Source: Candidatus Electrothrix sp. GW3-4 (GTDB lineage: Bacteria > Desulfobacterota > Desulfobulbia > Desulfobulbales > Desulfobulbaceae). From it: DNA of 32,000 nt. The translations under genes and the position numbers were made by a program. The notes below the pieces were generated by a model. That model did no database searches. It saw only the letters and a program-made list of their open reading frames with translations, and was not told the DNA's origin. Shown here in pieces: positions 1-7,854 of this stretch. Positions within the stretch are counted from its first letter, which is position 1. Each line of letters begins with the position of its first letter. The stretch covers positions 3,270,001-3,302,000 of the forward strand of contig NZ_CP147990.1 in NCBI RefSeq assembly GCF_037902255.1, read 5' to 3'.

Positions 1-917
1 TGCGAGTAGCCAACCCCATATACGACGTTGTTTTTAAATTCCTGCTGGGCGACATGCGCATCGCCAGGCTGATCCTCTCCAAAATCCTTGATCAGGAAAT
101 CGAAACCCTGGAGTTCAAGCCCACCGAGTTCAGAAAGAAGATAGGCCTGAATCTCACCGTCTTCCGCATCGACTTCTCCGCTGTGATCCTCCAGGAGGAC
201 GGCAGCCGCAAGCTGGTTCTGATCGAAATCCAGAAGGCCAAGCTGCCCACCGATATCATGCGCTTCCGCAAATATCTCGGCGGGCAATATCAAGACCCGA
301 ACAACGTCTACCCTACAGACGACGGCGCAGGCGAGAACGCCCTGCCCATCATCTGCATTTACTTCCTCGGACATCCTCTGGAACATACCGAGAGCCCGGT
401 GGTTAAGGTGCAACGCAGCTCTGTCGACGCAGCTACTCAGGAAGAATTGGCACATAAAGAAGAATTCATCGAAAGCCTCACCCACGACAGCTACATCATC
501 CAAATCCCCCTACTCAGAGAAAAGCGGCGAAACAATCTGGAGATCCTTCTCAGCATCTTTGACCAGAGCCGGCAGGCGTCGGACAGTCGGCATTTCCTCA
601 ATCTGAACGAGGAGGATTATCCCGAAGAATTCCGCATCGTCATTCGCCGCCTGCTCAAGGCCGCAGTGGAAGAAGATGTCTGCGACACAATGGATCTGGA
701 GGACGATATCCTTGATGAACTGGAGTCTCTGGAGCGGACTATCATTAAGAAAGATCAGGTCATTAAGGAAATACTTGCTGAGAAAGATGAAGCTCTGGAA
801 GAAAACGCCAAAGCTTTGGCGAAAAAGGATGAAGCCTTAGCCAGGGCCATACAGGCCCTTATCGATTCCGGGATGACGGAAGCTGAAGCGAAAAGCCGCC
901 TTGGCTTACCCTCCTGA
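1..917 (+). CDS. PD-(D/E)XK nuclease-family transposase-like protein (Rpn/YhgA-like); the 5' end runs off the window
   Basis: The frame of ORF 54..917 stays open back to base 3 (RVANPIYDVVFKFLLGD precedes the listed Met). An N-terminal PIYDxxFK motif and a D..(n)..LIEIQKAK core are typical of this family. The C-terminus is Ala/Glu/Lys-rich and coiled-coil-like. Confidence 0.65.
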   Translation, partial: RVANPIYDVVFKFLLGDMRIARLILSKILDQEIETLEFKPTEFRKKIGLNLTVFRIDFSAVILQEDGSRKLVLIEIQKAKLPTDIMRFRKYLGGQYQDPNNVYPTDDGAGENALPIICIYFLGHPLEHTESPVVKVQRSSVDAATQEELAHKEEFIESLTHDSYIIQIPLLREKRRNNLEILLSIFDQSRQASDSRHFLNLNEEDYPEEFRIVIRRLLKAAVEEDVCDTMDLEDDILDELESLERTIIKKDQVIKEILAEKDEALEENAKALAKKDEALARAIQALIDSGMTEAEAKSRLGLPS

Positions 918-1051
918 AATAAAGAATCGGCAATTAACTATATACTGTTGGCTGATGCGTCTCCTTTCAGAGCCTTAATTCGACCTCAATGATTCGCGAT
1001 AGAACTTCACCCCACATTGACAAACCCCACTCTGTGGTTACCTTATCATGT

Positions 1052-1121
1052 AAAGGCGGCTGAAAAGTTATTCCTCCAAGAAGACCAAACAAGCATCTGA
1101 TCCCATATTTCAGCCGCCTTT
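1052..1121. repeat. Perfect 14-bp inverted repeat (aaaggcggctgaaa / tttcagccgccttt) separated by 42 nt
   Basis: The arms at 1052-1065 and 1108-1121 are exact reverse complements. The repeat lies in non-coding DNA between the transposase-like gene and a binding-protein gene remnant. Confidence 0.6.
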
Positions 1122-1173
1122 ATCTCCTCTTCTCTCATCCCGCAAAAGACACGCTATTTTTTCACGCCCCAGC

Positions 1174-1360
1174 TCAGGAAGCATCAGCTGCCGGATAAAG
1201 AAGCGCAAATACCTTCTTGATCCCTTCCAGCATACCCAGCGTAGGCCGTGACACCAGCTTCTCATCAATCAGAAAGACCTGATTTCCTTGAACAGCCTTG
1301 ATTATCTGAAAGTTCGGTTCCTTACGGATCATCTCCGTGCGGAATCGGTTAAAGGAGGTT
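1174..1360 (-). pseudogene. 3'-terminal remnant of a BtuF/FecB-like periplasmic binding protein gene, paralogous to 5939..6868
   Basis: The minus-strand translation FNRFRTEMIRKEPNFQIIKAVQGNQVFLIDEKLVSRPTLGMLEGIKKVFALLYPAADAS* aligns with the C-terminus of the intact gene (AEIIRNEPGFQVIKAVQENQVFLVDEKLVSRPTLGLLEGIRRVLDILYP). No upstream coding continuation, start codon or signal peptide is present. Confidence 0.65.
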
Positions 1361-1454
1361 GACCCGAATGAACTGACGCCGAGGCAGGCGCAGGATCTAC
1401 GCTATGAGCTGGCAGGTCTTTTAGAACAAGAAGAATAAAAAGGCGGGAGTAGAA

Positions 1455-1490
1455 GAATGAAGCGAATACTCTCATGCATCCGCTTCATTC
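1455..1490 (-). terminator. Possible terminator hairpin after the small-protein gene 1512..1886
   Basis: A perfect 10-bp inverted repeat (gaatgaagcg / cgcttcattc) with a 16-nt loop sits about 20 nt past the stop codon. The T-run is not immediately adjacent, so support is weak. Confidence 0.3.
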
Positions 1491-1511
1491 AATGCTGGAA
1501 GAGCATATCTC

Positions 1512-1886
1512 CTATTGAAACTCAGTTGGGGCAAAGACGTGAACCAGCCCATCAAGATTGGTCGGATCTGAAAGTGACTGCATGAGCTCAGGCATAATAG
1601 CACCCTGCATCACAGGGATCATGATAGCCTGCATAGGAAGTTGCTCCCCTACCGGGGCTGTGGTGTCAACAGTAGATTGGGTTGCCATCACACTTGTTCT
1701 CACGTTATTCCTCATAGTAACGACGTCCGGGCTACCAACAACGGTACTCACAGGATCCGCAATCAGGGGATCCGTTGCAGATATAGGCGGTTGAATGAAC
1801 GCTGCTGCTGCCTGATTAACAAAGGCCGTATACGAGAGCACCATCAGTAATAATCCACAATATATCATTTTTTTCATCTGTAACAT
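1512..1886 (-). CDS. Small secreted Met-rich protein, subfamily 2 (S/TDPxI N-terminus, DG...APxxF tail)
   Basis: An A-tract plus GGAGG Shine-Dalgarno precedes the ATG. The signal peptide is MLQMKKMIYCGLLLMVLSYTAFVNQAAA. The mature region carries PPISATDPLIADPVSTVV, then a Met-rich core (MQAIMIPVMQGAIMPELMQ), then the tail SDPTNLDGLVHVFAPTEFQ. It is paralogous to 13240..13614, 16277..16672 and 17035..17385. Confidence 0.8.
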   Translation of the reverse strand: MLQMKKMIYCGLLLMVLSYTAFVNQAAAAFIQPPISATDPLIADPVSTVVGSPDVVTMRNNVRTSVMATQSTVDTTAPVGEQLPMQAIMIPVMQGAIMPELMQSLSDPTNLDGLVHVFAPTEFQ

Positions 1887-1940
1887 TTTTTCCTCCTTTT
1901 TTTTATTGATTAATAAGACCCTACATATTTCAGCGCAGTA

Positions 1941-2348
1941 TCATTGAAACAACTCTGCATCTGAGGGTGCAATACGTACCGCCATTCCATCCGGGTTATT
2001 GGGGTCAGAAAAACTCATCTTCTGAACAACTTCAGCATTAAGAAGTGTCATCATCGTTCCCCCGACCGTCCATCTCGCAAAGCTTTTTATATCTTCCCGT
2101 AATGGATTAGCTGTACTAAAGATATTAGCCGATGTATCTGCCAGGACCTCCGCCCTCTTGGCAATTTTAATATCCTTCACCTCTTGCCTTGCCTTCAAGT
2201 CTTCAATTTGCGTTGGTGTTAAAATATCATGAATTGAAGTCGGCAGAACAAGCTCTGCTGCCCTTACTTTACTGGCAATTCCCAACACTCCCAAAAACGC
2301 AAGCATAAGCCCCGCCTGCCGAAGAAGTACCTTTTTCTTGCGTATCAT
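1941..2348 (-). CDS. Small secreted protein, subfamily 1 (LPxSIHD + LTxxQ-like motif, with DG...IAP tail)
   Basis: I moved the start to the internal Met (MIRKKK), which is preceded by AAAAAAGGTGG. A signal peptide is followed by AELVLPTSIHDILTPTQIEDLK. The C-terminus is SDPNNPDGMAVRIAPSDAELFQ. Confidence 0.8.
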   Translation of the reverse strand: MIRKKKVLLRQAGLMLAFLGVLGIASKVRAAELVLPTSIHDILTPTQIEDLKARQEVKDIKIAKRAEVLADTSANIFSTANPLREDIKSFARWTVGGTMMTLLNAEVVQKMSFSDPNNPDGMAVRIAPSDAELFQ

Positions 2349-2447
2349 CACGCCACCTTTTTTATAATTATTCCTCACTGTCAAAGACTCTCTAACCTTG
2401 TCCTCACCCAAAATAGAGCGAGGTCCAGAGGCATCCTTGCTAACACG

Positions 2448-2801
2448 TTAGGATCCAGCACCAGCATCAGACAACTCACGCATCTTCTCTTTTGGTTGCG
2501 TCTGTTTCCTGACAGCTTCTTGTACGGCATTAACTATAGAGCGGCGGTTCATCGTCCCCATCATAGCCGAAGACCTGACAACAGCCTGATCACTCATTGC
2601 CTGCTTTCTCATCTCACGCTGAATCTCCCGAACAGCAAGATTCTCTCTAATCTCAGCAAGCTGATCCGATGTCAAGATTTCATGAATAGAGGTTGGAAGA
2701 TTTAACCTCGTTGCTTTAGCATGATCGACAAGCCCCATACAAAAAAAGAATACGGCCACGAACAGCCCAGCTCTCAGTCCTCCTTTCTTTCTCCTTAACA
2801 T
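2448..2801 (-). CDS. Small secreted protein, subfamily 1, tail-less variant
   Basis: I moved the start to MLRRKK, which is preceded by AAGGAGGGGGA. A signal peptide is followed by TRLNLPTSIHEILTSDQLAEIR. The protein ends ...ELSDAGAGS and lacks the DG..IAPxxF tail. It lies 26 nt downstream of collagen-like gene A. Confidence 0.75.
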   Translation of the reverse strand: MLRRKKGGLRAGLFVAVFFFCMGLVDHAKATRLNLPTSIHEILTSDQLAEIRENLAVREIQREMRKQAMSDQAVVRSSAMMGTMNRRSIVNAVQEAVRKQTQPKEKMRELSDAGAGS

Positions 2802-2827
2802 TCCCCCTCCTTTTTCATAAGCTACAA

Positions 2828-4438
2828 TTATCCTCCGCAATTATACGGCTCACATATTATTTTTCCTGCCGGATTAATCCCCTTCATGAACTCTCCTTCT
2901 GGACAAATCTGGCCTTGTTGGGTCTTTGGTAATGATAAAGGCTCGGGAGAAACACCTGATGATGTACCTCCTGCATCTTCCGGCTCTTTGTTCGGGTTCT
3001 GTGAGATATTAACATTACCTGGAGCCCCCTGGTCTCCGGGGTCGCCTTTATCGCCCTTGTCTCCCTTTTCACCCTGAGGACCTTGGACGCCAGGATCACC
3101 TTTGTCACCCTTGTCCCCTTTTTCTCCCTGCGGGCCTTGCTGTCCCATAGGACCTCGTGGACCAATGGGTCCCTGTAGTCCTCGAACCCCCTGAAGACCT
3201 TGGACGCCAGGATCACCTTTATCACCCTTGTCCCCCTTCTCTCCTTGAGGACCTTGAGCTCCGGTATCACCTTTATCGCCCTTGTCTCCCTTTTCACCCT
3301 GAGGGCCTTGGACGCCAGGGTCTCCCTTATCACCCTTGTCGCCTTTTTCACCCTGAGGACCTTGGACGCCAGGATCACCTTTATCGCCCTTGTCGCCTTT
3401 TTCACCCTGAGGACCTTGGACGCCAGGATCACCTTTATCGCCCTTGTCGCCTTTTTCACCCTGAGGACCTTGGACGCCAGGATCACCTTTAGCGCCCTTG
3501 TCGCCTTTTTCACCCTGAGGACCTTGGACGCCAGGATCACCTTTATCGCCCTTGTCGCCTTTTTCACCCTGAGGACCTTGGACGCCAGGATCACCTTTAT
3601 CGCCCTTGTCGCCTTTTTCACCCTGAGGACCTTGGACGCCAGGATCACCTTTATCGCCCTTGTCGCCTTTTTCACCCTGAGGACCTTGGACGCCAGGATC
3701 ACCTTTATCGCCCTTGTCGCCTTGAGGGCCTTGCGCTCCGGTATCACCTTTACTCGCCATTAAATCCCAACATCCCAGCGGAGTTGAGTCTTCAGCAGGA
3801 GAAGAACCCGCGATTGACTGGCAGCAGGTGTTTATATAAGAGCTTCCGTCGTATTGAACCATATTGCCAGAAAGATATACCTTGCTGGAACTCCATTGCC
3901 CTTTCCAGGAAAAATCCGTTTTCTCACATCCCCCCCCAGAGCTCGTCCCCAATCCATCCGAACAAACCTCAGCATAGGCAACAATATATACGGTATCCCC
4001 TAACAACGATGAAACATTGATCTCATATCTATCTTCATCAGCATCCACTAACTCTTCATGACTCTTGCCATATTGGCCAGGTGCTGCGTTAGAGATCTTC
4101 TTCTCCCCAACGTAGAGAGCGGTTTGACTCATCACCGTTCCAGCAAAGGTAAAAAAGGAGACCGTAACGAGTTCATCAAGATAGGTAATATGGAGCTTAC
4201 CTACCTGGCGCCCCTTACTGGTATCGTTTTTTGCTGCTCCTGCATAGATTGGTGTCTCGACTTCTTCACCATCTTTAATGGTAATCTGCCATCCCCATCG
4301 TTCTGTCTCGAGGAAGTCGTCGAGCTCCTCAGGACCAAAGGCGAATGCAGCCTCACAGCTTTCTTTTTGTCCAGATTGGACCGTGACCGGTACCAACAAA
4401 AGTAATGAAAAGAGTAATGCAGCAATCCTAATTTTCAT
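2828..4438 (-). CDS. Secreted collagen-like (Gly-X-Y triple-helix repeat) protein A
   Basis: I moved the start to [22 protein letters not shown], a signal peptide. The N-terminal region is about 210 aa and contains Cys (WGWQ..PIYAGA..LYVG..APGQYG). It ends in a CBM5/12-like pattern, W-x5-Y-x2-G-x2-V-x-Y-x-G-x2-Y. About 81 uninterrupted Gly-X-Y triplets follow, with the unit [19 protein letters not shown] 62-aa tail contains [20 protein letters not shown]. Confidence 0.9.
   Translation of the reverse strand: MKIRIAALLFSLLLLVPVTVQSGQKESCEAAFAFGPEELDDFLETERWGWQITIKDGEEVETPIYAGAAKNDTSKGRQVGKLHITYLDELVTVSFFTFAGTVMSQTALYVGEKKISNAAPGQYGKSHEELVDADEDRYEINVSSLLGDTVYIVAYAEVCSDGLGTSSGGGCEKTDFSWKGQWSSSKVYLSGNMVQYDGSSYINTCCQSIAGSSPAEDSTPLGCWDLMASKGDTGAQGPQGDKGDKGDPGVQGPQGEKGDKGDKGDPGVQGPQGEKGDKGDKGDPGVQGPQGEKGDKGDKGDPGVQGPQGEKGDKGAKGDPGVQGPQGEKGDKGDKGDPGVQGPQGEKGDKGDKGDPGVQGPQGEKGDKGDKGDPGVQGPQGEKGDKGDKGDTGAQGPQGEKGDKGDKGDPGVQGLQGVRGLQGPIGPRGPMGQQGPQGEKGDKGDKGDPGVQGPQGEKGDKGDKGDPGDQGAPGNVNISQNPNKEPEDAGGTSSGVSPEPLSLPKTQQGQICPEGEFMKGINPAGKIICEPYNCGG
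3017..3748 (-). repeat. Coding tandem repeat with 54-bp period (18 aa, 6 Gly-X-Y); about 10 near-identical units at 3196-3748 plus diverged units at 3017-3195
   Basis: The unit gaccttggacgccaggatcacctttatcgcccttgtcgcctttttcaccctgag recurs in register at 3196, 3250, 3304, 3358, 3412, 3466, 3520, 3574, 3628 and 3682. Several copies are identical or differ by 1-2 nt. Confidence 0.95.
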
Positions 4439-5112
4439 TTTTGTGTCCCCTTTTCCTTTTCCCCATTCCATACCCTTTATTTACCCTTTTTCACCATTAG
4501 GTTTTTAAGGTACAGCCAAATTAAAAAAAAGTACAGATAGAATCTATAAAAAAATACAGAAGAAAAAAATATTAAGGACTTACAGCGCGACTCTTCTTTC
4601 TGACAGATAAAAAAAGTGAACAATAACCAGGCAAAAGCTGGTTGCATAAAAAATGGCTGGCTGCGAAAGACTGCTGATGAAAGCAGATATTTTTTTGGTA
4701 ATTACACTATAATACAAACCCTACATTGTAGTATTTACCGAGAAACTGTTGCATTTTTGAAACAACTCCCCCAACTGACCGCCAGGTCTTGACAAAACCA
4801 ATAGCTTAAGATTAACTTACGCACTGTTAAGAATTTCAGCATTCCCGACCCAAAAAAAACGTCGTCGCCCTGTTCAGGCAGCGTAACTGTGCAGATTATT
4901 GAGAATATGGCCGAGCACGGCATCTCGAAGGAGTTGTTGCTAAGGGCATAAAAAAAACGTTTCGCATACACGTCCGCTCTTTTTCTGAGACGGTTAAAGG
5001 CCCCTTTGGCGATATCCTTTTATTCCAGCGCTTGCGGCCCCGTCAGGGAAACAAATCCTCTACTCAGTAACCACCCATTATCCTTAAAAAAGAATCAATC
5101 AGGTAATGATAT

Positions 5113-5829
5113 ATGAAAAAAGGACTATTGATTACATTGTTATGTCTCACAGCAACTTCTGTCTGGGCAAAAGGCGGATGGATTACGGACCCAACAACAA
5201 AATGTCAGGTTTGGGATCCCGACCCTACTCCTAACCAGTCATTGACCTGGAACGGAGAGTGCAAAAATGGAAAAGCAAACGGCGAGGGCATTGCCAAGTG
5301 GCATGAGGGGAATAAAGTAGTCACGAGTATACAAGGAGTCATGAAAGATGGGCGTTGTCAGGGAGAATGCGTTGCGCTTGCCATCTTTGGAAAAAGTACG
5401 TTCAAATATGTTGGTCAGTTAGGAGATAATGACTTACATGGCAAAGGGACCCTTACCTGGCCGGACGGCAACGAGTACTCAGGGGACTGGGTTGAAGGGA
5501 AACGACACGGTACAGGTAAATTTGTCTGGAAAAATGGGACAGAATATATTGGTGACTGGAGAAATGACAAGACTAACGGTAAAGGGACATATACCTGGGT
5601 TGACCGTGACGAAAAAAAATATATTGGTGACGTGAAAGACGATAAGTTTCACGGAAACGGGGTGATGTTTTATGCAAACGGTAATAAATATTCAGGAAGC
5701 TGGGCCAACGGAAAACGGGACGGTAAAGGAACCTATACCTTTAAGGACGGAACTGTCTATAAGGGGATATGGGAAAACGGGAAGAGGATACAGCTTTTTC
5801 CCCGACTACGAGACTTCCTCTTCTGGTAG
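5113..5829 (+). CDS. Secreted MORN-repeat protein A
   Basis: The signal peptide is MKKGLLITLLCLTATSVWA. A Cys-containing N-terminal segment is followed by tandem MORN units (YxGxWxxGKxHGxGxxxWxxG). It is paralogous to 15047..15769. Confidence 0.85.
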   Translation: MKKGLLITLLCLTATSVWAKGGWITDPTTKCQVWDPDPTPNQSLTWNGECKNGKANGEGIAKWHEGNKVVTSIQGVMKDGRCQGECVALAIFGKSTFKYVGQLGDNDLHGKGTLTWPDGNEYSGDWVEGKRHGTGKFVWKNGTEYIGDWRNDKTNGKGTYTWVDRDEKKYIGDVKDDKFHGNGVMFYANGNKYSGSWANGKRDGKGTYTFKDGTVYKGIWENGKRIQLFPRLRDFLFW

Positions 5830-5938
5830 AAAGGCGCTTGAAAAATAACTCCTCCCTCAAAAGAAGAACTGCCCGCCGGGATAAAATGAGCCTTTCTTCC
5901 CGGCGTTAAAACACTGCTCTATCTTCGTGCTGTTGCTC

Positions 5939-6868
5939 TCACTTCCCCTCTTCCCTCTCCTTCTTCTCAGGAGCTATCTGGACGGGGTAGAGGATATCTA
6001 AAACCCTTCTGATTCCCTCAAGCAAGCCCAAAGTTGGTCGCGACACCAGCTTCTCATCAACCAGAAAAACCTGATTTTCCTGTACCGCTTTAATAACCTG
6101 AAACCCAGGCTCATTACGAATTATCTCCGCAGTGACCTTGTTCATCCGCCCTTCCTGAGCCAGAAAAACATCAATCATTTTTGCCTTAGCCAGGATACGC
6201 TCCTTCCCGTACTCCGCAATATTACTCTTGCGTACCTGAACAGCGTCCGCAGCCACGTTAATCCCCCCTGCGGATTCCAGAACAAACATCGCCATAGACT
6301 CCGGGGCAAAGGTCTTCATCCGCTTATGGATGGATTCAAAATAGACCTTTTTCCTCTTTGCAGCAGGAATGCGTTCCACCTGTCGGTTGATCTCCACAAG
6401 CCCGGTCCCGAAGCGGGCAATCATCTGTGAAGCCTCATCCTGGTGCCCGCTCAGGACACCGAGGTTCTCCCAGTATCGGAACATTTCATCCACAGAGGTG
6501 GGTTGCAACGAAACCACTGTCACACCATTCTCCTCTAGACGTTCCACCATTTGCGGATAAGAACGGCTGAGCATGGGACGGATCAGAACAAGATCCGGCT
6601 TCAGGGCCAACAGACGTTCCGGGTCATCCCGAAAACTGAGCGTAGGCAGATCAGGCAGTTGCTTATCACTGCGCCCTACTGCCACAATTTGCTCCCCTGC
6701 CCCCATGTCGATCAGGTTACGGGTATGGGCAGCATACAGAGAAATGATCCGTTGACAGGACTTATTCAGCTGGACCACCTTGCCGTCATTATCAATGATC
6801 GGCTCTCCAAAGGCAGGGACAGCCAGCAGGCAAGAAAACAGGAGAGCAATAAGAATATGTTTCAGCAT
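5939..6868 (-). CDS. ABC transporter periplasmic substrate-binding protein (BtuF/FecB-like, corrinoid/iron-complex type)
   Basis: A signal peptide is present. The motifs RIISLYAAHTRNLIDMGAGEQIVAVG and KPDLVLI are typical of class III binding proteins. It is the last gene of the riboswitch-headed operon. Confidence 0.8.
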   Translation of the reverse strand: MLKHILIALLFSCLLAVPAFGEPIIDNDGKVVQLNKSCQRIISLYAAHTRNLIDMGAGEQIVAVGRSDKQLPDLPTLSFRDDPERLLALKPDLVLIRPMLSRSYPQMVERLEENGVTVVSLQPTSVDEMFRYWENLGVLSGHQDEASQMIARFGTGLVEINRQVERIPAAKRKKVYFESIHKRMKTFAPESMAMFVLESAGGINVAADAVQVRKSNIAEYGKERILAKAKMIDVFLAQEGRMNKVTAEIIRNEPGFQVIKAVQENQVFLVDEKLVSRPTLGLLEGIRRVLDILYPVQIAPEKKEREEGK

Positions 6869-7050
6869 TTTTTCCTCTTGGTTTTATGGGCAAGGTTGTA
6901 TACCCGAGGTCTGGCCTCAGGCTGATATATTCCGCCTTTTCAGGGCGGCCTCCGTAACAAAGAACCCTGAAAGGGTTCAACATGACCAGCTCAGGGAAAC
7001 ACCCTGAGTATAAAATGGAAATTATAGCGTTTCGGGTTTCGACTCCTCAA

Positions 7051-7854
7051 TCATGCAGCTGGCAGCCTGTAACTTACCTGATAGCAAGCGGAAAAGCTTT
7101 CCTTCCGCACCTGCGCTTCCACGCCATAGACCTCCTCTATGACCTCAGGACGCAGTACCTCCTCAGTCGGCCCTTGGCAGATAATCCGCCCGTTTTTCAA
7201 AAAAATTAATTCATCACAGAAATATGCTGCCAGATTGAGGTCATGAATTGCAGCAACCACGGTCAGGCCCTGCTCCACAACCCGATGACGAATCAGGGCC
7301 AGGATGGACAGGGAATGATAAATATCCAGATTCGAGGTGGCCTCATCAAGGAGCAGCACCTCCGGGTCCTGGACCAGGGCCCGAGCCACAGCGACCCGCT
7401 GCTTTTCCCCACCAGACAGCCGGGTTACCGAACGAGCCGCAAATCCGGCCACGCCCATTTCCTCCATCACCGCATCAACCAAGGCATGCCCCTGTTCAGT
7501 CAGGGAGGAGAATCGACCGAGATGGGGATGACGCCCCATCTCCACCACTTCCCGCACAGAGAAACCAAAGCGAACCTGGAAATCCTGGGGCACCAAAGCA
7601 ACCCGTTTGGCCAGTTCCCGCGCCTGCCATTGTTTGAGCAGGGTTTCGCGATAGCTGATTTCCCCTTTCTCTGCGACAGCCAGACCACAGAGCAGATCAA
7701 GCAGAGTGGTCTTGCCGCTGCCGTTCGGCCCGAGGATACCGTAACATTTCCCGGCAGACAGGGTAAGATCTATTCCGGCTAAGACGGGCTGATCCTTGTA
7801 GGAGAACGCGACCTGCTCCAACTGCCAGAGGATATCAGAAGCAATTCTATCCAC
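7051..7854 (-). CDS. ABC transporter ATP-binding protein (BtuD/FecE/HmuV-like)
   Basis: It has Walker A GPNGSGKTTLL, the ABC signature LSGGEKQRV and Walker B LLLDEATSNLD. Its start overlaps the stop of the permease gene. Confidence 0.9.
   Translation of the reverse strand: MDRIASDILWQLEQVAFSYKDQPVLAGIDLTLSAGKCYGILGPNGSGKTTLLDLLCGLAVAEKGEISYRETLLKQWQARELAKRVALVPQDFQVRFGFSVREVVEMGRHPHLGRFSSLTEQGHALVDAVMEEMGVAGFAARSVTRLSGGEKQRVAVARALVQDPEVLLLDEATSNLDIYHSLSILALIRHRVVEQGLTVVAAIHDLNLAAYFCDELIFLKNGRIICQGPTEEVLRPEVIEEVYGVEAQVRKESFSACYQVSYRLPAA

Noticed and set aside
3017-3748. A regularly spaced direct-repeat array that could superficially resemble a CRISPR array
   Set aside because: The units are contiguous with no unique spacers. 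The period is a multiple of 9 nt, and the region lies inside a well-supported Gly-X-Y coding frame.
2884-3763. Long ORFs in other frames or on the other strand across the collagen-A repeats (2884..3747 -, 3200..3763 +, 3157..3492 +, 2886..3077 +)
   Set aside because: They are artefacts of a 54-bp periodic sequence that stays open in several frames. Their products are low-complexity repeats ([36 protein letters not shown]) with no start signals. The Gly-X-Y frame has a signal peptide, an SD and a paralog.
2828-4438. The idea that the collagen-like genes are prophage tail-fibre genes
   Set aside because: No phage structural, terminase, integrase or lysis genes are present anywhere in the 32 kb. 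The proteins have Sec signal peptides, and each is embedded in a string of small exported proteins.
5874-5905. Hairpin CGCCGGGA...TCCCGGCG between the convergent MORN-A and binding-protein genes, considered as a terminator
   Set aside because: It has an 8-bp stem but a 16-nt loop and no adjacent U-tract on either strand. That is too weak to call.
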